DNA of 64,000 bases from Eledone cirrhosa (Eukaryota), in contig OZ024740.1 of the NCBI GenBank assembly GCA_964016885.1, positions 357,678,001 through 357,742,000 on the forward strand, read 5' to 3'. Position numbers and translations under genes: made by a program. The notes beneath the pieces were generated by a model. That model saw only the letters and a program-made list of their open reading frames with translations, had not been told where the DNA came from and did not search any database. This document shows positions 55,357 through 64,000 of this stretch, in pieces (the stretch's first letter is position 1; each line of letters opens with the position of its first letter).

Positions 55357-58116
55357 ACTGCTGGCGCACAGGTAAAAATATTCTATGATAATGCTGATAA
55401 GGAAGATTAAGTGTGGAGCAGAGTTCAGTCCGGAAATGATCTGCAGGAGTGGGGTCTGCTCTGAAGTGGCTTTCTCCTGTTTGGAATTCGTCCAATAATT
55501 TTGGGCAGATTGCAGAGTTAGCAAGCACATCACATAGATGCGTGCGAATATATATTCATTCCACTCAGTGGTTTACATCAGAAATCTGAAATAGTTACCG
55601 ATTTAAATATTCGTACGTCATATGATTTATTTTTAAGCAATCAAGATTTAGCTTGATTTGAAGTTGAACTACTTCGTAGGCTGGAAGGTTGTGCCGTTGA
55701 CTTTTCCCTCCATATCAATCAGCTCACTGAAGCAAATAGATATCTGATTTGAGCAAAATAAATTATAGGCAATCGTTTACGCACGCTTATACTACACACA
55801 CACGGTGTTATTAGTTGTGGCCCACTTATAGATGAGTTATGGCAGTTGTCTTCTCTTAAAGTAAACAATATTCTTTCCTGCTAAATAGTTATTTTACAGT
55901 GCGAAACGGAATAAAAGATAACTTGAACTCTACTCATCGCACTTTAATCTCACGTGACCTTATTGCTGCTCGAAACACTTGTTAACTAATCTTCCAATGA
56001 ATTACATTTATATTCGATCACACACACACATGAAGTATTTCCGTAGGAAAGGTAAAGGAAAAGAGAGTGCTCTATGTAGATAAATATTTTTTCTGGTGAA
56101 TGAAGACAGACATAAGTATCTGTCTTCAAGAAACCATTGGTAAATGAAATAATTATCTTATGTTGTTTATTACATAACTATATACATATATAAATAAATA
56201 AATAATGTGTTACATGCTAAGATAATGTGTTGCAGTAGCATTTTACCAGTTTCAATTTGTGCCTATTATATATTTTACGCGCTATTGTAGTAGTGGTTGT
56301 TATTCTATTTTAAAAACAATGCTACAAAACTTAATTTTATTTTTGTTTCTCTGTCTACTAAGATAATTTTTTTTCCTCGTGTGAATGAAATAGATATCGT
56401 TAAAGACGAATATTAACAATTTGCTCCTGTCTTTCAATAGAATATCATATAACATGTTATAGAATTGGAAAGAGTAAAGCTTTTCATATGAAATACTAAA
56501 CTTTACTATCATTTGATTACTTTAATTTAATTTTCTTATATACCAACTAAAAATGTAATTCCTATTTGCAAGTTTCTTTTTCAATTGCGATTATTGTTTA
56601 GTTTGATCAATATGAATCTGGTATTGCAACTTAATTCAAGAATAGCCACAACTTTATATTCTCTCAGGTTTTGTGCTCAAACAAAATATATACAAGTTTG
56701 TGTGTGTGAATAAAGTTAAAAAAGAAGTTCTAGAAATGTTAGATGAGTACAGGTTTTTGCAGTTGGATTATAAACGAACTCCAATTATTGTTATTGCATT
56801 GGATTCGCCTTTATAGTATGCCTGGCTATTTCCTCTTTAGTGTGGTATGTGTTGTCCAAGATTTACTTCTTCAAACATGTAGAACCTTAGATTTAACTCC
56901 TCTAAGAAACCGAATGACTTCGTCGAAGCTTTCAAATATGATTTGAATTTTTTGGCTTGTATTTGTTACTATTGGAAAGTGACAATGCATATCACACAAG
57001 CCAACGAAGTAGCCTCAACCTTGTTATTCGGCTTGCTAGAAATAGCAGCCAAACGACCTTCATATCGCACCTTACTGGATAACCACAGGTGGAATGTCTT
57101 TGAACGTAGGACTACCGAAATAGTACTGATGTGCGGCGAAACAACAAACTATTTGATTGAATTTTTACATAACTGATTTAACTGCTAACTCATCCTCAAT
57201 AAACGTCCCACAATGTTTAAAAGAAACATTTTATGTTTATAATCTTAATCTAATGACAGCATGCCCCCAATAAAAACAAGATAATAATAACAAGAATAGC
57301 AATCATACAATTTCTTCAATTGTTTAGCTCTGAACGATAGCTGAACATTGTTAAGTAGCACCGATAACATTACATTAAAAAAAGGATTTCAATTATAATT
57401 TATGTTTATTAAATGCATGTAGCTTGGAATCCGAAAGCTAAATTTATGAAGATTTTCTCTTTTTAAGTTTAGTTTAAACATTAGCAACAAAAAACCTGTC
57501 AAAATCATAATCTATCACACATGTCCATAAAAGGTCCGATCAAAGATAAAGCTGATTCTACCAGATTTACAAAGATATATGTAGATTAATTCGTAATTTA
57601 TTGAGATTATCGTTGCCCCTATTTTCAGTTCATTTACAATTTTTTGTGTACATCATTCAGTATATCACCACCTATCGTAGAGGCTCATTTGAGTTATCTC
57701 CCTTCGCTGTTTTTTTTTTTATTATGTAACTTATATTTTTTGTAATTTTGTTTCTACTTGTAAAAGCAAAAAAAAAAAAGTACAAAACAAAAACTATCCA
57801 TTGATCAAAGTAGACTTGAAAAGGTTATGCTTTGCTGATAAGGTCTAATAAAAACCATAAACACACCCATAGCTGTCACCTTGCTGACAAACAATAATTT
57901 TCTCCCAAAGCATGAACATTCAATTTTCTGAGTTAGTTGACAATTTGTTGCATAGTCATGTCATATATATTCTGCAGGTCAGATGATATAACATATTATT
58001 TTGCTTTAACTCATTAAACTGTCCATGTTGCAGCATCACTTCCCAGTGTTTAGTCAATCAGCTTTCTCCATCCCACCAGTAATTATTTTATCGATTTCTA
58101 TTTGTTGAACCGCTAA

Positions 58117-58314
<198 letters not shown>

Positions 58315-60440
58315 ATAAGATAATGAATTGGCGTGCATTCCACTTTGATAAATTTAATGCAGACGAAAATATCTCGGACTTAAACAAAGTTTTCAAATCT
58401 AAAAGAAATCCACCCCCTAACAAACTTTTATCTGACTTTGAAAACGATATAATTTCTATCATACAAGGGGTCAAATTCAAGAGAAACTTTAAAGGCCAGG
58501 AATATCTGAAAGGCATTAAGGATAACATTGAGAGCTTAGAGAAAACTGAGAAGATCTTGGTGAAATCTGACAAGACCAACAACCTCTATGGAGTGCAGAA
58601 AGACATGTATAATGGCCTCATACTGAAAGAGCTGAGGAAAAAATACAAGGTAGCAGATAAGACCGAACTTGTGAAAATGAATGTTGAAGCATCTTGTATA
58701 ATGCATGAGTTGGAAATTGAGAACAGAACACAACCTTTCGTGCCCAGGAAACCGAAGATCAATATGAAGGACCACAAGAGGAATTTTGAGATTGACCTGC
58801 CAGTTAGATTGATCGCACCTTCAAAATCGGACCTGGGCAAATTAAGCAAAAACATTCTTGACAGGGTGATACTGCAAATTAAGAACTTGGATTATGTATC
58901 TAACCTGAGCTTGTGGAAGGGAACTGGAGAGGTTGTTGAGTGGTTTAGGCAAATTAAATATGACAATAGTAATAGGTTTATTCAACTTGATATAGCTAAT
59001 TATTATTCTTCTATTACCCCTAGTCTACTAAATAAGGCACTAAATTACGCATTCAAACATACGGACCTAACTAGCAAAGAAATGCATATTATATTATCGG
59101 CTAGGAAAACTTTGATAGAATTTGATGACAAATTATGGACCAGAGCAGATAGAGATAGCAATTTTGACATAACTATGGGATCTTCCGACTCAGCTCAAGT
59201 AACTGACCTTGTGGGCTTATTTTTAATCAATTCGCTACATAGGAAAATACCTGGTACTACCGGAGGTTTATATAGGGATGACATGCTTTTACTTATTAAT
59301 AATAATAACCCTGAACTAAATAGAAAATGTAAACAAATTACAAAATTTTTTAATTACTTTAACCTTAAAATAGAAATTGAGAACAACCATAGAATAGTCA
59401 ATTTCCTAGATATAACATTAAATCTCAACACATGTCTCCACTATCCTTTTCACAAGTTGAATGAAAACTTAAACTATGTCAACTTTAACTCTAACCACCC
59501 CAGATCTGTCAAAAATACTATAGTAAACTCAGTCCAAAAACGTATCTCTAGGATCTCGTCGAATAGAAAGATTTTTGACGAAAAGGCCCAATACTATAAT
59601 GATGCACTAGCTAGGGCAGGGTATGCTGATAAGATTGTGTACATAGATAATGATAAACAAACTAAACAAAGTAACAACTTTTTTAATTATGGCAACAACA
59701 TTAACAACTATAATAGAAAGCATTACAATAATTCCAAAGGACAAAAAAGAAATAGAACTAGGAACATAATTTGGTTTGCCCCCCCCCCCCCCCCTTTCTC
59801 ACTAAACATTAAAACCCACATCGCTAAATTATTTTTCAAAGCTCTTGATAATCGCTTCCCTAGAACACATAGGTACCACTCAATCTTCAATAGGCATACA
59901 ATTAAATTAACCTACTCATCCACCAAAAATTTAGCACAAAATATTAATAGAATAAATAATAGGAACTTAAAACCTACTGATAATAGCATAAATAATATAC
60001 AAGTTAACAAATGTAACTGTAGAGATAGATCTAAATGTCCGTTAAATAACAACTGCTTAGTTAAAAATATAGTATACAATTGTAATGTTAATACTGACTC
60101 TAATTCTTTTAACTACGTCGGTTCCACATCGACGGAATTTAAACTTCGCTATAATAACCACAAGAATTCTTTCACAGATCCAAATAAAAAATCTTCAACG
60201 GCACTATCAGGTGTACTCTGGCAACTTAAGCTAGATAACGTTAGATATTCGACGGCTTGGAATATAGTCTCAAGAGGGATTCCTTTTAATTCATCCTCTG
60301 AGACATGTGACCTCTGCGCAGAGGAGATATTCTTTATACTAAAATCTAAAAATTCCCTTAACCTACGGACAAATTTATTCAGTTGTTGCAAACATAGATT
60401 AAACTCAACGTTTAAATATAAATTTAAATTTAAAATGTAG
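58315..60440 (+). CDS. Penelope-like element RT + C-terminal GIY-YIG endonuclease ORF (5'-truncated, uninterrupted)
   Basis: KSDKTNN, KDHK, PVRLI, LDIANYYSSI, MGSSDSAQVTDLVG, LYRDD, VNFLDITL, SNHP; endonuclease CNCRDRSKCPLNNNC, IVY...YVGST..FKLRYNNH, CDLCAEE, LN, CKH. Confidence 0.92.
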
Positions 60441-62090
60441 TATATTTAGTTTGATTTATATTTATATGAGAACTAGCCGATAAATCTTTTGATTCCTAAA
60501 TCTTTGATTCCCTCTTTTTACTCTTTTTATTGTTTATTTTATTTTATTTATTTTTATTTTTATTTTTATTTTTATCTAAACATTCCTCATGAAAAATTAA
60601 GCTACCCTAAAAGCCGATGCTCCAAATTTTCTGAATTAACCTTACACTTGATAAACTTATATATTAAATATAGGAACATATGTAGACATTATTGGACATC
60701 ATAATCTTTTTTGCGATATTCCTTGCTAGATGTGATTTGATAGATAATTTTTGGCTTTGTCTTGTAGTGAACTTGGCAATATATTGTCAATTAACCTTGA
60801 AGGGTTGTTCTTTGTGGTTTACTTTTATTTTTGTTCTTTTAGTATTGTAGTATTCTATAATATTTTTATATTTTTATTTTTTATTTTATTTTATTTTTAT
60901 TTTTAATATTTTTATATGTAAGTTTATTTTTAATATTTTTATATGTAAAGTTTTAATACGTAATATTTTTAATACGTAGTATTTTTAATATGCAATATTT
61001 TTTATTATGTAATATTCTTTCGTAATATTCTTTTTTAGTTTTCTATTCTATATTTTTATATTTTTATATATTTTTACTTATTATCATTATTATTGTTATC
61101 TCTGCTTATAATATAATAATATATATTTTCGATTAGTATATTGAAATCTGCTCTCTATTTCTGCTTGATAGATAATCTTGTAGAGAATAATAATACGCTC
61201 AAATTTTTATACCACATTGAGAATGTTTTCCGGTAACTTTGAATTTGCGGAGTGAATCAGTTGGATTCACATAGACATATGAATTTTTTTAAAAAAACTA
61301 AACATAAGATAATGAATTTTCACGCATTGTGAATACTTGTTTCATTCAGGAATACTGATATTTACAATATAGTGTAAGTTTTATAAATACTAATACATTA
61401 AAACATAGGGTTTTCTACGCCTCGAATATGTCTGGCTATTTTTAAATTTTTTCTCTCTATATATCTCTCTATATCTCTCTATATATCTCCCTTACATTAA
61501 TACTTGAGCTAAATAAATAAATAAATAAATAAATAAATGCATCATTGATACACTTACTCAAAATGACCTCCCACTACCTAATTTTTCTATATCTATATTT
61601 ATATATGTATCTATCTCTATTTCCTCTCTCTCTCTCTATATATATATATCTCTTTCGGTCTCTTTACATGAAGCTCTTCGCTTTATCTATTTTTCCATCT
61701 CTCTATTTTGTCCCATGCATTTCTTCTTTTTCTTCTTTTTCTTCGTTTTGTCTTTCTTTCTTTCTTATTTCCCTCTTTTCTCTCTCTCTTTCTTTCTCTC
61801 TGTATTTTCACTGCTAGAGTGAACCTCTTCAAATGAAGTTGATGTTTATTACGGTATGTCGAATATATTTATCTATAAAACTGTTTATATTGTATTTTGT
61901 CTGATGAAGGCATAGCATATTGTTAATATGATATCCCCGAAATATATATAATGAAATAAATATGGTTTTATAAATATAGTTTTCCATTTATTTAATATTG
62001 TAAATATACTCCAAGTATTTGTCGAGTGCTTTTATATCAGTTATAAATATTTACTAGTTGTAACCCAACAATTTTAAATATAACTTTACA
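58315..62090 (+). mobile_element. Penelope-like retroelement including long AT-rich 3' region and probable pLTR
   Basis: ORF above, then degenerate hammerhead-like ctgatgaagg...ccccgaaa at 61901-61942 and a (TA)n tract at ~62090; 3' boundary uncertain. Confidence 0.6.
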
Positions 62091-62304
62091 TATATATATA
62101 TATATATATATATATACGAAAGGCTTCTGTGCAAATTCTGCCTGCTAAATACGATGGTGTTGTTCGGTAGAAACGATAGTATTTTGAAGTCAAATGACTA
62201 AGTATATATGATGCTGATATACTAATCCCTGTTTAGCAATACCCATGGTAGGAAGAGTAATCAGTTGGGAGATAATATTTACATTTTATATCCAGTGTCC
62301 TCTC

Positions 62305-62695
62305 CAGTGATGATGCCACGGTAAAAATACACCCCGCTCACTTTGTAATGTGGTAGTACTGGTGCTACGAATAAAAGCATTCAGTCCACACTGTAAGGTG
62401 GTAGTGCTGGTGTGACAACAAAGCATCCAGTCCATCCTGTAAGGTGGTAGAGCCAGAGTCGTGATGAGTTTTCCTAGTACATGATGTAAAGTGGTTGGCA
62501 TTAAGAAGGGCATTCAACTGTAGAAACCAAGCTCTCAGTACATGCTGTAAAGCTGTTGACATGAAAAGTGGCATCCAGTCAGAGAAACCAAGCAAGACAT
62601 GGTCACTTGATTAGTCTATCCACAAAACGTGACAATCTATCTAACCCATGCAAGCATGGAAAATAGATGTTAAATGGTGATGATTGATGATGATT
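62305..62695 (+). repeat. RTE-type 3' tail with tandemly amplified ~40-45-bp unit
   Basis: Diverged repeats of gcatccagtccacactgtaaggtggtagtgctggtg ending in acccatgcaagcatggaaaa...gatgat. Confidence 0.7.
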
Positions 62696-62841
62696 TCTTA
62701 GATGCATCAACTTGAACCAGATTATGTTTACTCTTTTGGTACCAATTTGATGCAGATATTTTTTCATAAATGTTGCATACACAAGGTTAATTACTTCTTA
62801 ACACCCTGTAGTGAATTAGAAGAAAATATTTTAAAATGTGT

Positions 62842-63024
62842 TAGTTTATTCAAATGTTTATCGTACTTTACCTGTGGACATTTCATTGCAAAATTGAGCA
62901 GAAAGACTTTAATTTTTAATGTGCTACAGTCATAGTTTATTCAAATGTTTATAGTATCTTTACCTGGGGACATTTCATTGCAAAATTTAGCAGAAAGACT
63001 TTAATTTTTAATGTGCTACAGTTA
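62842..63024. repeat. Tandem duplication of a ~91-bp unit
   Basis: tagtttattcaaatgtttat...aatgtgctacagt occurs twice head to tail with a few differences. Confidence 0.9.
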
Positions 63025-63371
63025 TAGTGCTGTCTTGCATTTTTCAAGAATGTCATGCAAATATGGTTTCATGTATTATAGGATGTTAAGAGATCACATC
63101 TGTTGGTCTCATTAGAGTTATTTGTCTTGCTTGCTGTTTTCAAGCACCCTTTAATCAGTTTTAATCTAGGAATTGTTTGAATTATCCCACTTGATTGAAA
63201 ATGTTCAGCTTACTATATTATGTATGGAAGACATTACAGCCCTTATAGCCTTTTATGTTCTGAGTTCAAATCCTGCCGAGGTTAGCTTTGCCTTTTATCC
63301 TTACGGGGTCGATTTAATCGACTTTCCCCTCCCCAGGCCTTGTGCCTAAAGTAGAAACAATTATTATTATT

Positions 63372-64000
63372 TTACATCTGCTTTTCCATACTTACATGGG
63401 TTAGACTGGCCTTTTCCAGCACAGCATCCAACCCCTCATTACATTCTTTAATCATCTCCTTTGCGAGTTTCAGCAATTTCAGATCAGCTCTTACCACCTC
63501 TACTCAGATCTTGCTTAATCTTTCACAACTGCAGCTACCTTCCAGTGGGATTTCTTGACACTTCTTCACCCAATGATTATCATCCATATGCATCAGATGT
63601 CCATACCAACACAGTCTTCTCTCGTGTACACTATATCTGATTCCTCTTATATCCATTTCTTTTAGCAGCTCATCTATACTTCATCATTCATGCACATTAA
63701 CATTGCACATCCATAAAAGCATGCTTGCTTCTTTGTATTTAATATAGAGAATACGCCCTTAAGGTTTTTGTCCTCATCACTACCTCACCTCTCTCATCAT
63801 CATCACCTCTCTCATCATCATCATCATCATTTTACGTCCGCTTTTCTCTGCTTGCAAGGGTGGGACAGGTCCTATTCAGAACAGCATATCTCCACTTGTC
63901 ACGGTCCTTCGTCATCTTCACCGTGAGCTTCAGCGATCTGAGGTCTGCTCTAACCACCTTCGCCCATGTTTTTCGTGGTCTACCTCTACCATGTCTTCCT
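63372..64000 (-). mobile_element. Two RTE 3' fragments (63372-63732 and 63815-64000)
   Basis: RRLCWYGHLMHM remnant; GRHGRGRPRKTWAKVV remnant with (GAT)n tail. Confidence 0.8.

Noticed and set aside
55355-55550. Coding-like segment (minus-strand ORFs 55223-55533)
   Set aside because: No recognisable motif or supported splice sites; ORFs extend into microsatellite and repeat sequence.
61818-61853. 36-nt exon (tag|AGTGAACC...TTACG|gtatgt) as exon 2 of the 32-kb gene
   Set aside because: Joining to the phase-1 donor at 32030 gives GAG TGA, an immediate stop; lies in probable PLE 3' sequence.
62305-62590. CRISPR-like repeat-spacer array
   Set aside because: Degenerate tandem copies of an RTE 3' UTR unit, no unique spacers, eukaryotic context.

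Overview
AT-rich, repeat-dominated animal genomic DNA. The SINE/RTE/Penelope repertoire and the huge (TA)n tracts suggest a coleoid cephalopod, probably an octopus; this is inference, not a database result. (1) 421-11441 (+) holds the last eight coding exons of a classical calpain gene (end of domain III plus the penta-EF-hand domain). They were reconstructed by hand with consistent splice phases and include a 16-nt microexon and a U12-type GT-AG intron (3264-4320). (2) A possible promoter and first coding exon of a second gene lies at ~31.1-32.03 kb; no downstream exon was found. (3) The rest is mostly retroelements: at least three RTE-group LINE families with partner SINEs and non-autonomous derivatives, a CR1-like fragment, a decayed mariner, Helitron-like pieces, and multi-kb strand-biased (TA)/(TG) arrays. 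The most interesting signal is a set of elements sitting in (TA)n tracts: a Penelope-like element with an uninterrupted RT + GIY-YIG ORF and a 198-bp palindrome at its 5' junction, plus several short non-coding fold-back elements carrying hammerhead-ribozyme cores with a shared asymmetric layout. The long Tyr/Ile-rich ORFs in the ORF track are microsatellite artefacts.
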